Below, one piece after another: positions 13,022 to 26,100 of a stretch of 64,000 nt of DNA. The stretch's first letter is position 1, and each line of letters starts with the position of its first letter. The stretch spans positions 37,203,963-37,267,962 of the forward strand of contig NC_068995.1 of NCBI RefSeq assembly GCF_001194135.2, read 5' to 3'. This DNA is from Octopus bimaculoides. Its lineage: Eukaryota. Under the pieces are notes generated by a model that searched no databases, was not told the DNA's origin, and was given only the letters and a program-made list of their open reading frames with translations. The translations under genes and the position numbers were made by a program.

Positions 13022-13179
13022 AATACAATTGTATATTCAAACATCAATGCATGTACAGAAAGTGAGTTTATCGGATCACTACTTCATGGTTACACCAATG
13101 ATTAAACATTGGAATCGTTGATATAACCATGATGTTCTAGTGATCTGATGAGCTAGATTTGTGAATATACAATTGTATT
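13022..13179. repeat. Decayed palindromic MITE-like element / long hairpin
   Basis: Perfect 18-bp inverted ends (13022-13039, 13162-13179) with nested 17-, 9- and 6-bp stems; TA dinucleotides flank CAATTG...CAATTG. Confidence 0.65.
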
Positions 13180-13781
13180 GTCTAAAGCGTGGCATGCATA
13201 TTCATGTATGGAGAAAACTGCGAAACCTCCGCAATCCTAAGTATGCCAATTGAGTATATAAATATAATCACTTCTCATACCTCCTGACCTTTTCATGCTT
13301 CACATACATACATACATACATACATACATACACACATACGTAGGTCATAAATGTGTTTTATCCTTGTCTTGAATATAAACCTAAATATCTCAGCCTGCTG
13401 AAGAGAATGTAAGAGAATTACGGTGCTGCTAACATTTATTGAGGCAGAAATATTTATTCATAGCGCGGCTCGTCATCTCTGCAGACAATCAGTGTGTCGT
13501 TTACTTATGCATTTTCAAGTGTGAAGAAATCTTCATATATGAAAGTTACTCAATTTTTCATTTGCAATCGGTCCCATTTACTACAAGACGATTGTTCTAC
13601 CTTTTCTGGAAGCAGAAATGCTTTCAATAACTTATATGTATTAAATGTATGCAGTATATTAACTGCCTCCATTTAATATATGCAGTTTGTATTTATTTTC
13701 CAAGTACATGTCAGCCGCCAGTCTTAATTATTTCTCTTAGATCGTTTTCGCTTCCCATACACGCGTATATACACACGTGTA

Positions 13782-13924
<143 letters not shown>

Positions 13925-14459
13925 TTAGTAACGCTCAAATGATTCAAGATTTTCTACTCTAATGACGGATGCTGGATTTATCCAATGCTGAATGCTTCTA
14001 TCATGGCCTGCATATTTTGATGAACTACATCTACCAACATTATGATGGATCTCCGAGCCCCCAGAAACAACTGTTGGACTTATAACACTTTATTTCCTCC
14101 CATTTAATTTTCTCTGTCATTTGTACTTTGTTCAACGTGGATCTATTAATATAAATATCTATATAATTATACTTAAATATTCATCGTCTGAAAGTCTCCA
14201 CTCTTTGCTTTCTCTCGTTTTGCACGTATACATCTATACATATTTCATATTTCGTACCCAAGCTGTTATATTTAATATATTCAATTTATTTATCCGCAAA
14301 ATTGTCTACATACATATATACGTGTGTGTATTTATGTATGTACGTCTGTCTGTATGTATGCCCGTATGTATGTTTGTATGCATGTATGTGTATATGTATG
14401 TGTTGGTGTAGTTGTGTTTCAGTGTGTGCATACACATGCAAATATATATAAACATATGC

Positions 14460-14490
<31 letters not shown>

Positions 14491-14508
14491 TATATATANN
14501 NNNNNNNN

Positions 14509-14539
<31 letters not shown>

Positions 14540-14540
<1 letters not shown>

Positions 14541-15169
14541 GAGGTGCGTTCGAAAAGTACCCGACTTAATTTTACTCACAAAAAACTAATGGCGCGTGGG
14601 AATAACACTTTCGGTCGGAGGTGGCACTATCCTTCCTGTGCATGCCTGAAGACCATACACAAGTCGAAACGAGGATTCGATTGAGAAGGTTCGACGAATA
14701 GTCATGGAAAACTACTGTGTAACAATCCAGAAAAATGTTCATGAAGGGGGAATAAGCAAATAATTAGTGCATTCCATTTTAACGAAGAATTTGTGCATGC
14801 TGAGAGTGTCGGCAAAACTTGACCCCAAGATGCTGGCGGAGCAGCAGAAATTGCTCAGGAAATACAGGGCTGTGCAAACCACGACCTAGACTTCCTGAAG
14901 ACCATCATCACTGGTGATGAGGCATGGGTTTATGTTCACTTCTCGAGGCGTTCGGTCATCTTGCGTGAAAACAATAATTTGATGAGCACGCATTACACGT
15001 CTGAACTCTAGGCGTAACAGCCGGCAATTAACGTGACAAATCGGCTCGAAAACTTTCGCACATACGCGGAAAGAATGATGTCACCTCCAATCTAAAGTAA
15101 TTTCACAACGAGGTATTAGTTTTGGTGGGGAAAAATAAAGTCGGACCGATACATTTTGAACTCATCTCG
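14540..15169 (+). mobile_element. Internally deleted mariner element with both TIRs
   Basis: TA|CGAGGTGCGTTCGAAAAGT...TTTTGAACTCATCTCG|TA; internal remnant HSILTKNLCMLRVSAK...DFLKTIITGDEAWVY. Confidence 0.85.
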
Positions 15170-15925
15170 TATAGGTATATACGCACTCGATACACGCACT
15201 CGATACACGCACGTTTATATTAAAGTTTTATGCATTCAACTGAAATAGTAAATCATAACGTGCAATCATTTCTCATGAATATTAACAGCCATTTAGAATG
15301 GGTAAAGTTTTAAACGATAATCGAAACCACAGCGTGGGATCAGTTTATTAGCAGCTTACTTCTAGTAATGCAGATGTCATATTTACTGTGTATGAGTGCA
15401 GTAATAGCTGTGAACAAATTATATTCACATTAACAAGCAAGAAAAAGGAAATAAATGACAGCAAATGCTCTTAGCAGCAAGCATTATTCCAACAATGTAG
15501 AATTCGTTCCACTTCAAAAACACTATTTCAGAATCATTTGTAATACAAACATGCATACATACACCACTAACCCACACCGATGTATATATATATATATCTT
15601 AATACCTACTAAATAAATAAAAGGGTACATATATTTTACAGACTTGCTTTGTTGTAACATTCTTAGCACAGATCTTTTATGTAGCGGTAGATAATATATT
15701 TTGTACAAATGCTGCTGCAACGAACAACAATGAAAGAAAAATCAAAGCAAAGTAAAAATAGGAATCTAATGCAATTTTTGAAGTGAGAAGTTGAAAAACT
15801 TATTTCGAGAAGACAAAATATATTTTCTAAGCTTGAACTACATTCCTGGATTGCTGTCATCCATGTAACGATGACTCAATTTGATATATCTACTTTTTAG
15901 TAAATATGAAAGTTTCTTCTTCTTC

Positions 15926-15954
15926 TTAGTAGTAGTAGTAGTAGTAGTAGTAGT

Positions 15955-16015
<61 letters not shown>
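15926..16015. repeat. (TAG)n/(CAG)n trinucleotide repeat
   Basis: Directly visible. Confidence 0.95.
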
Positions 16016-17526
16016 TTGTCGTTGTTTTTTCCAGACATTTCACTAAGTTATTTGTTTAGATACCACCGGGAAATTTTCTGTATTTTATTGAATTAACATA
16101 AATGTCGAAAACCTGTAAATCTCGGTTTTTCTCTAAAACTTCTTGTTTTCCATTTTCTTTTGTTTTACACTCTCAAAAGTATTTATTTAATTTCTCCCCT
16201 GCCAGAAACGTTATGTTATTAAGTTATATATTTTAAGATGTACAAAATCATTCATTTTGTCAGGCGATTTCGCACATTTCTCTAACCATCGAAACTACAA
16301 TGGCAATCCAAATAAAGAAATAAAAACAACAGGAAACATGGTTTTAGACAATTTCGCTATAACAAAGAGGAGATTTCGTATCTATAACAAGACCATATTC
16401 AACGAGATGTGATCCCTATTTTCATGTAGAAGCATTTCACAAAATTTCAACAAGTTTCACCTTTATATTCGACGTTAGCAGCGTGTTTGTGGTTATATTC
16501 TTTGGAAGCATCTATAGGAATTGATAAAATTATATATAATTTACTCTGCTGGTATTCATATAATAGATGTCTTGCGCCACAATGAAGCCGCAGCTTACTG
16601 AGACAGGTGGCTTTGCTATCAATGTAAGAACGAAACTCAAATATTTCAACATAACAGATTAATCGGAAGTTTTTCAGCTTTACTCATTCCGGGATTGTAC
16701 AGCTTTATGACAGGAATCTGGACAACTGAGAAAATTCTAAGGGTTTCATTCGATATACTCTTGATTCTAAAATTCTCAAAACTAGATATTTCTCATATGG
16801 CATTTCACAGATATTGCCTGTTATTCTGTGTAGGAAACAGCAAGAATAATTACAGTTTTGATTTATCAAATTCACACAAGGCTGTAGTTATGTTGGAAAG
16901 ATGGCAGGTAATTGATTAATATTAATTTATAACCAATGACGGTGTTGCTTAAATGTTGCAAATCAAAATAAATAGAACTTTTTCTAACTGGTTCAGCCTC
17001 TCTGGTCCCGAAGGAAGCTACACTAGCGATTCGTATGTTATAGTAAGTAAGTAACTCCCACCCACATAAAAAAAAATCAAAAGAAAAACCAACAACAACC
17101 ACAAAGAATAGAAAACGAAAGCAGAAAGCCATTTTTTCAAGACATTTCTTAAAGAAGGTAATCTGTAAATGTCAATGCAATCTGATCTTATGTAAACCCG
17201 ATTATGAAAAAGATGTCATAATTTCATCTGCTGACGTAGCAAAATAGGCTAATGTCAGACAGACAAAAAGGCTTTGAAGGCGCAACTGAAGCAAACCTGG
17301 ACTGACAGCAGTCCGTTGCAGTTTCATTCACTAATCATCGATATCACATTTCAAATGTGCCACAAACAATGTCTTCCATATATCTGTGCGTGGGTCACTC
17401 CCTAATCAAATCTACGCCACCGGCATTACCTCACCGAAGAAAGAAATATTCGGGAACGAGGTGGAGTAGATGACGATGTCTATATAAATATATATATAAC
17501 ATGCATAAAGATCCTCCCTCCCTTTC

Positions 17527-17571
<45 letters not shown>

Positions 17572-17586
17572 ATATATATCTATCTT

Positions 17587-17629
<43 letters not shown>

Positions 17630-18751
17630 TAGTGCTACTACTTCTTTTGCAGTTGTCATCCTTACAACATGGCCGTTGTTTTTTTTTTCAGCGATATCAT
17701 TGATATTATTTCTATTCACTTTAAGCAAGTTCCTTCATTTCCACTTACTGTGAAAATTTCACTCGTAACGCAAGGTAGTGTAGTCTTTGTTCTTACATTC
17801 TCATATAAATTAAAGAAAATAAATACGGCAGTTAATTTTCTTAATAAGGGAATTTCTTTAGATGCAAAGCCAAATTAGATTTTCGCCTTCTCTTATCCGT
17901 TAGATATTCACATTAAATTATAACTCACAGTTTCCTTCTCGCTGTGAAAGTCTAAATTATCTGTGACTCACAAAGCAAGCAGGTTTCTTCTTCAAGTTAA
18001 GGTAGAATTAAAATACATACATTTATACATAGTTTCTTCACTTGAAAACGCTTCTTAGCTAACTTATAATTCAAAAGAACAGTAAACGTGATATTTATGA
18101 GATACTTATGATCTATTTTGTTTCATTATTACAAAGATTTACTTCATGAATAATTTGTTGCAGAAAGTTTATTTCAGAAGTCATAAGGAATATCTCTATA
18201 TAGTATATATGAAGTGGTTTTAATAGATTAGATATGTTGCTAATTATCAGTATTGAGGATTCAAAGCAACCCACGACAGATTAAATTATAATAGCAATCT
18301 AATATTTACTTATTGTATGAAACATGCTGAGTTTGATTGATTAAATACAAGGTTACTCTTTTCTTCACTGCGGATATACTGAAAAAAATAATGAATTCCT
18401 TTTGTTCAGGCAAGCTTTTCGAATCATTATATATAAAATTTCCAGAGACAATTTGCATTACAATAGACACATTCCGGAATTGATATCGTTATCAGAATTT
18501 CTTTCGAAATATATTTCTATGCCTTTTAGACTACCTAAAAAGAACTTTGAGGATTGCAATCCATAAAAAGCAATACTAATTTTCAACGAACGAAGCATCC
18601 TATTTTGATCTAAATGTGTTTCTAGAGCTAAGGGTTTCTAAAAACTTATTAATCCGAAACTAATTTTGAGAAAGAGTGAATAATACTTTTATACTTTTAT
18701 GAAGATGATGACAATGATGGCGATGATATGGGATGTATTATATAAAACTGA

Positions 18752-18984
18752 AAGCGCGGTGAGCTGGCAGAAACGTTAGCACGTCGGGCGAAATGCTTAA
18801 CGGTATTTCGTCTGCCGTTACGTTCTGAGTTCAAATTCCGGCCAGGTCGACTTTGCCTTTGACCTTTCAGAGTCGATTAAATAAGCACTAGGTACGCACC
18901 GGGGTCGATGTAATCGACTTAATCCTTTTGTCTGTCCTTGTTTGTCCCCTCTATGTTTAGCCCCATGTCGGCAATAAAGAAATA
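18752..18984 (+). mobile_element. Full-length SINE with Tx1-like 3' tail
   Basis: Head GGTGAGCTGGCAGAAACGTTAGCAC, B-box-like GAGTTCAAATTCC, tail GTCCCCTCTATGTTTAGCCCC...GGCAATAAAGAAATA. Candidate 13-bp TSD TATATAA(A/T)ACTGA at 18739-18751 and 18985-18997. Confidence 0.85.
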
Positions 18985-19004
18985 TATATAATACTGATTG
19001 TCTA

Positions 19005-20424
19005 CTACATATTTTTATGTACTCTTTCTTTTATTGGCCACACAGGGCTCAACACAGAGCGGACGATATAGGACATTACATGTGGGGCCGAAAAAAAGAA
19101 AAACAACGAATGTGCAGATGTATGATTAATAAATAAAAAGATGTAATAATGGTCACTCGTGCCCCACGACCCAGGTACATCATTGGACATTTTCTAAATA
19201 CTAACATGAATTATCAAAGTTTTTCTTTTTTATTTTGCTTAGTGAAATCACCTCAGGTTTTGTGTTTCTTTGTTGATTCTTTTCGTTTGTTTATGTTAAA
19301 TGTTCGTGTTCTTGTTTGTAACGTCTTGTAATTTTTGGCTTTCGTTTTGTTTGTGGCAGGGGGAAGAACGATTAATTTTCTTTTTGCTCTTCCTCCCAGC
19401 CACCTGCCGTACACTGTCACTTACTTTTGTAGTAGTAGTAAACGGTGCTACTTCTTCCGCCGTGACTGTCTTTCCTTCCACCGTTTTCTCCTGTTTGTTT
19501 TCCTTCCGCTCCGTAGTCGTTGAAGTAGACGGTGTGTTTTGCTCTGTTTTTACCGTCACGTCCTGTTGCTTCTTCTCTTCCGTTCTTTACTGTTGTTTAC
19601 TGGCCTCCGTCTGGCTTTCTCCCTGGGTACAGGTTTTTCTTATGTGTCGCTTTTGCTCACATCCGAAGCACTTTGGTACTCTGCCTTGAACAGCGGCCTT
19701 CGGTCTTGTATCATCTGGAAGGATGACGAACCCCGGTATGCTATCAATATCTGTTGGTGTGGCTTGGATCGTTGCTCTAATGCCCCTGCCACGCCAGTCA
19801 TAGCTACTTTTTTCTTCTAACTCCAGTAGTGTCACCTCTTCTTTATGCTGGCGAAGGCCGCCGCCAAGAGCCTCATTGGTTTGATTTCCGAGTCGAACTC
19901 ATTTATTACTATTTTCGTCGTTCTTTTATCGAGATATGACGGTAAAAGTGCTAATCCGCTTGTCTGCAGGGTGGTCGTCGAGTCCATCTTGGCATCCCTC
20001 TCAGCCATAAACTTCGCCTCCACCGTTCCAAACTTTCTTCTGCGCTTAACGCACGTTAATTTATACATAATAGGTTTTAATGCCTTTTCAATTTCCTTTA
20101 TTGACGCTATATCTATATTTTCTGATCTTCATAGATAGCGTCCTATAGACAATTGTTCTTCTCTTAATTCCTTTCATCACCTCCTTAGGAGGATTAAACC
20201 TCAAGTTGTCTCTTCCACCCCCAGACGGGCAAAACAACAGGAAACAACCCTGTAAAGGCTAACAATTTGTCACAAGACACTAACAGTTTGTAAACAATTT
20301 TTAAAACAAATGTAATCCCAAAAGGGAAGACATGCAACAAATTTAACGGCACTTCAACAATAAACTTCAGATAATAAGATTATAACAGAAAGCGAATACA
20401 CCACACCGCCTACTACGTATTCTC
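19005..20424 (-). mobile_element. ORF1-only (HAL1-like) non-autonomous retroelement related to Tx1-type L1
   Basis: Disrupted ORF1 with a CCHC knuckle (CFGCEQKRHIRKTC) and a K/T-rich tail, then ~270 nt of UTR ending in the LINE-type tail. No EN or RT. 9-bp direct repeat GATTGTCTA at 18996-19004 and 20425-20433. Confidence 0.72.
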
Positions 20425-20496
20425 GATTGTCTATTTGCTTAAGATTGTTCATTGGTTTAACACTAATTTACACAACCGTATAATTTGTGTGATAGT

Positions 20497-20985
20497 CTTT
20501 TCTACTATAGGCACAAGGCCAGAGATTTTTGGTGTGGGGGCCAGTCGATTAGATCGACCCCCTAACGTTTCTGCCAGCTCGCCGCCTTTTCATTTGGTTA
20601 TATTTATTTATTTATTGCCCACATGGGGCTATACATAGAAGGGACAAATAAGGACAGACAAAGGGATTAAGTCGATTACATTGACCACAGTGCGTAACTG
20701 GTACTTCTTTAATCGACCCCGAAAGGATGAAAGGCAAAGTTGACCTCGGTGGGATTTGAACTCAGAACGTATGGGTAGACGACATACCGCTATGCATTTC
20801 GCCTGGCGTGCTAACGTTTCTTATTTCTTTATTGTCTACGAGGGGCTACATATAGAGGGGACAAACAAGGACAGACAACGGGATTAACTCGATTACATCG
20901 ACCCCAATGCGAAAACGGTACTTAATTTATACTGCTAAGCATTTCGCCCGGCGTGCTAACGTTTCTGATAGCTCGCCGCCTTTTA
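20497..20985 (-). mobile_element. Cluster of three SINE copies (one GCCTTGTGC-tailed, two Tx1-like-tailed)
   Basis: Reverse-strand copies of the same head and body; TTTATTG...GGGACAAA(T/C)AAGGACAGAC tails at ~20610 and ~20825. Confidence 0.8.
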
Positions 20986-21032
20986 ATTTACGTGATATTA
21001 ACCAATATATAAACTGTCTTACCCAGAGAAAG

Positions 21033-21062
21033 GAAGAAAGAAAGAAAGAAAGAAAGAAAGGA

Positions 21063-21125
<63 letters not shown>

Positions 21126-21128
21126 GAT
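21033..21128. repeat. (GAAA)n/(GA)n microsatellite
   Basis: Directly visible. Confidence 0.95.
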
Positions 21129-22908
21129 GAAGTGAAAGCGCGGGTGGTTGTGGCTGCATAATAACGACTGAATATAAAACAATTTGACTTCAAACAGCGA
21201 ATTCTTCGTCTCGATTGTATATGTTCCTTCTGTAAAAGAACTTTCAATAGCAAACATACACCCACTCACAATGTCCTACATAGGACAAATTGCATGCACA
21301 CACACATTTGTGTACTCATAGATACTTACATGCAATATGCAGTCATGCATGATATAAACCGAAACCATAATCTCGAGTGAATTTGGTGGAAGCAAACAGA
21401 TATATGAATAAATGGAGCTTGTACGAAACGTACGTACTGCTATAACCTATTGAATTTTTGTTGCTTATGTTCAAATTTTATTCACCAAATCTCTTGATTT
21501 TGTTTTTGGTTTTTCCCCTACCAAATTCTGGTGCCTCAAACATTTTAAGTACCACAATCCAATGACTTAAGTAAGGAAAAGAAGGTATCTATCTATCTAT
21601 CTATCTATCTGTCTCTCTGTCTATTTATATATCTATCTTTTCCTATATACATTTACACAAGCACAAACTGACAAGAGATGCTACAATCACTATACAATGT
21701 CTTAAATCTTTGATGATGTTACTTTCATGAAGATGATGACAATGATGGTGATGATGAAAATGATGAGAGTTATAACGAAAATGCTGAAGATGATATTGAC
21801 GATGACGATAGTAATAATAATGATGACAACAATATCTGAGAAGTAAATAAAAAGAAAATTAATTTAAAATAACACCTTTGAAATATATCGCAGCTGCTGT
21901 TAAATATTCAGAGATAGTAAATGACAACTCTAAAAGTTACAAATAAAATCTTTTACTCTCCATAAACGTACATGCACACACACACGAAGTGGTACGCATG
22001 CTCATTAGTTCATGAATAATAGATTATATCTGGAGTTTTTTGTTTAATAAAAAGTGTTCATATTTTGAATAACAGTTAACAGCACATGAGGGTTTCAATA
22101 GGATACGACTTTCCAAATACCAGAGAAAAAAAGAAAGGAAAGAAAAAATAAGAAAGCCATATTTTCTTCTATAATACATCTTTAGGAATTGAAAGAAGCC
22201 ATTGTTTTATATATTTTTTATTATATATCCTTTTAGACTATTTTCATAGCTGATTTCACCTTTGATGCTTATAAACATCTTTAAAGTTCTTTTCTAACAA
22301 TAAACAATATGCTGCATCAGCATTAAACCTATTTTTAGATAATGGAATATGATATACAAGATAGGACGGACAGACAGACTCACGCTCACACACGCGTGCA
22401 CATATAAAAGAACACACACGTACAAAATTACAACACTGTCAATAAGTATCACATAAATTTGGCTATGAAGCTGATAATATCCTAATCACTAAAACGCTTC
22501 ATGTCAAAAAGAAGTCTATTCAATCATGGCATATCAAAATCATTAATTTTCCTTCATTATCTGAACTGGTTTCGAAACCATACGACATCATATTTTCACA
22601 CAAGGCCTCATACACTTTGAATTTGATATACATTCATTGCTCTTAACTCGAACGTGGTGATATTTCATCAAGCACTACGATTTATCCATCCACCGACTTC
22701 TATGTCTCACTTACATCAGTCATTGGACTGTGGCCATGCTGGAAGACCACTTTGAAAGATTTTAGTAGAACAAATCGAAACCAGTTGTCAAGCAGTTGGG
22801 GAACAGACATACATACAAACGAGCGCACACACACATACGGCATCTGTCTGTATCTACGTATGGATATATANNNNNNNNNNNNNNNNNNNNNNNNNNNNNN
22901 NNNNNNNN

Positions 22909-22959
<51 letters not shown>

Positions 22960-23019
22960 ATATGTATATGTCTACACCTATGTGTGCTTCTTTGTGTTTC
23001 TTTATGTCCTCTTTACCTA

Positions 23020-24125
23020 GCGGTTAGTCACAAAAGACCAATAGAACAAGAACCAAGATTAACAAAAATAAATAGTGGGAGATTTGTTCGACCAAACCCT
23101 TTAAGGCGATGCATCAGCATGGCCGCTTTTCAATGACCGCAACAAGTAAAAGATAAAAGATATGTGCATATATATGTAGGTATATAAGTTTGTCTGCACA
23201 AACATGGGTACCGAACGAAAGGAGATGAGACCACATATTACATGTTGTGAAGAATATGGTTTGTTAAAAAAATAACTTATCCCCCGATTATCTCGCTTCT
23301 GCACGAATGAGTTAAAAAAACCGCCAAACCATACGTATTTGGTATACCAGAATACATGTAATACAAAATGCATACACACCAACACAGAACAATCTAGAAA
23401 TCACTTAAGCTTGACTAAATTAAAACTTAACACATTAATGCAGTGATCCTAAAACACATTACTTGAGTTCTAATATCAGTAAACCATGAAATATACTATG
23501 AAACGCAAGCCTAATTTTTTAATTAACAAATATTACAATTATTTCATAATGAAAGGAATGAGATTAACAATATTCCACAAATAAGTATCATCATAATGAT
23601 TTAGCAATTCGCTAAATCATGTATAGATTTCTATGGAATAGACGTGTAATCTGCTGGCGATCTAGTACGGAGACTGGCGAGTTGTGCCGACCCTTCTTCG
23701 GTTTTAAAGCCGAAACCGGCGACGGTCCAAGATATTACGACTGCCACTTTCGGCTGTTTAGGGCTCTATCAGTATGTATGTATACTAACATGTGCGTTGA
23801 TTGCAGCATCAGAGCACTTTAGCTCTTATTTCTAGCATTGTAGGTGTTCAAACACCCTCTGTCGCACACACACACATTCACATACTACAAACATATATGT
23901 GTGTGTGTGTCTTTGTGTTTGTGCCACATTACCGCTTTTCAACCGGTGTTGGTTTGTTTCATGTCCCCGTAACTTAGTAGGTCGGAAAGCGTGGCCGATA
24001 GAATAAGTACCAGGTCTGAAAAACGGAAGATATGCGCACTTGTGTCGATTTGTTTGACTAAATCATTTGGGCAGTGCCCCAGTTTGACCGCCGTCTAATG
24101 ACGGAAAGAAGTGAAAGACAAAACA
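23020..24125 (+). mobile_element. Two 3' halves of a second SINE family (~23020-23165 and ~23880-24125)
   Basis: Match the AACTTAG..GG..AAAAGA.ACC.ATAGAA and CAGCATGGCCGC...AAACAAGTAAAAGA blocks of the copy at 29185. Confidence 0.6.
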
Positions 24126-24874
24126 TAAAGATATAATAAACACGTAAATAATTTATACATATAAACACATGAATCAAAAAATTCAACGAAAACAAATATT
24201 AGGCATCCAAAACATTAGCCTTAGTAAGCCTTATAATGGTGTTGGTTCGCATATTTCTCACTATAATTGTATTGTTAATGAAAGCAACAGATCTGGTGGT
24301 AAGTGAAACTCAAGACCACTAGTAGCACCTCTTAACAGTAGAATGCTGCTGGAAGTCCGGCTTGTTTGAACCAGAACTCTTCCTGTATATTTTCTTCATT
24401 AAGGTTGTACACCCTAACTATTTAACTTCCTGAGATCACTCATAAACAACAAATTAGCGCAGATAAGTCGCCTCCACCACAGACTAGTTGCCTGTCAATC
24501 CTATAGTGGCTTGTACATATAATCATGTTTATTTCTATATTCCTTCTCGGCTTTATACTGGGTTCACATGGCTAATTGACAAGCCTTGACTTGTTCAGTT
24601 TGCATCTTGCAACCCTTCTCACTAGGCAATCTTTTGGGATGAGGCTTTTCCTTACCGATAATTTCACCATGTAACAGGTTGTAATATGTTACATGTTACT
24701 AGTAGTAGCTCTCACATCGATTTAGCTTAGAGACACAGACATCTACACGCAATTGCGTCTAGATGTGTGCATATAAGGGCGTGTTTGTACTTCTATATGC
24801 GAACAAATATGCATAAATATCAGTATATATGTGTACATATATAAATGTATAATACATATGTGCACATATGAAGT

Positions 24875-24923
<49 letters not shown>

Positions 24924-24924
<1 letters not shown>

Positions 24925-25230
24925 ATTTGTGGTTAAAGCTAGGGCATCATCTTTGTAAATGGCGAAATATAAGTCAGGAAAAGTCGTGTAACGTATAGAG
25001 TAGGAATAGTCCAATGAGATCGCATATGCCATTTACAAAGATGATGCCCTAGCTTTAACCACAAATACCAATGAACCAACACAAGATAGGTTTAGGAAGG
25101 ACAATATCCAAATGATGAAAACTTTCGGTCTTAGCATAACTACAGATACCGACCTGACGGTTGTCAACTTCCTAGCTGTATCCTTAGATTTAAATAAGAA
25201 TATTTACAAGCCGTATAAGAAGCCCAACAA
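24924..25230 (+). mobile_element. Penelope-like RT fragment with an inverted 5' segment
   Basis: AIYKDDALAL...FGLSITTDTDLTVVNFLAVSLDLNKNIYKPYKKPNN (25028-25230). The reverse complement of 24924-25027 encodes the upstream ICDLIGLFLL...FAIYKDDA. Confidence 0.8.
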
Positions 25231-25231
25231 T

Positions 25232-25444
25232 TACCACCATCACCACCACCACCACTATCGTAACCAGTATCGTAAAAACTACCACCACCACCACCACCAG
25301 GACGACAAAAACCACCAGGCTGACGACGACTACCATCATAACCACCTTCTTCACCATCATTTTCGTCATCGTCATCATCTTTATCACAGACATGAGCATC
25401 ACCATCCTGCCGACGCCGGCGCCACCACGAAAACCACCACCACT

Positions 25445-25485
<41 letters not shown>

Positions 25486-25497
25486 TATCGCCACCGT
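25232..25497. repeat. Mosaic (CAC/CAT/GAC)n trinucleotide tract
   Basis: Directly visible. Confidence 0.9.
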
Positions 25498-25844
25498 TAT
25501 CTAATTTCTAAAACTCTAGGAAATACGATGTCCTATAAATAGTGAAATAAATGTAAAATATTAACTTTTCCAGCTCACTGTCTTAGGTTTTATTCAATAT
25601 TTTGAAATATTCAATGACCAGAAATTCGATGAACTTTGGATATAATATCCATCGAGTATTGAAACAATAGACAGACTATAATTGGATTTTTCAATTAAAA
25701 TAATCGTAAGTAACCAGAACATCAATTTAGACATTCTTGACTTGATGATATTGTTACAGATCTTTTGTACTTTATTTCAACTATATTTGGAAAGAAAGTA
25801 ACATTCTATTCAGTTAATAAATGTGAATATAGGAAATGATATAA

Positions 25845-25910
<66 letters not shown>

Positions 25911-26053
25911 CTACGCAAAACACATTCTACGCAAAACACTTTCAATACAGTAAACATAAGAGCACCACAGCAAACCACAGCACATACCCAAGGCGCACAG
26001 AGCTGCGCTCGGTAGTGAATTGAAAGCACGTTATAAAAATAAAACTACTGAAC

Positions 26054-26099
<46 letters not shown>

Positions 26100-26100
26100 T
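25845..26100. repeat. Two (AAT)n tracts
   Basis: Directly visible at ~25845-25900 and ~26052-26098. Confidence 0.9.

Noticed and set aside
18752-18850. tRNA genes at SINE heads
   Set aside because: Only A/B-box-like remnants with no full cloverleaf; they are parts of SINEs.
23690-23735. Hammerhead-like TTCGG TTTTAAA GCCGAAAC hairpin
   Set aside because: No CUGANGA box on either strand in the right position, and I could not assign the GC-richer segment 23620-23820.
25112-25504. 130-aa His-rich ORF
   Set aside because: Chimera of a Penelope-like RT fragment and a trinucleotide tract; not a gene.
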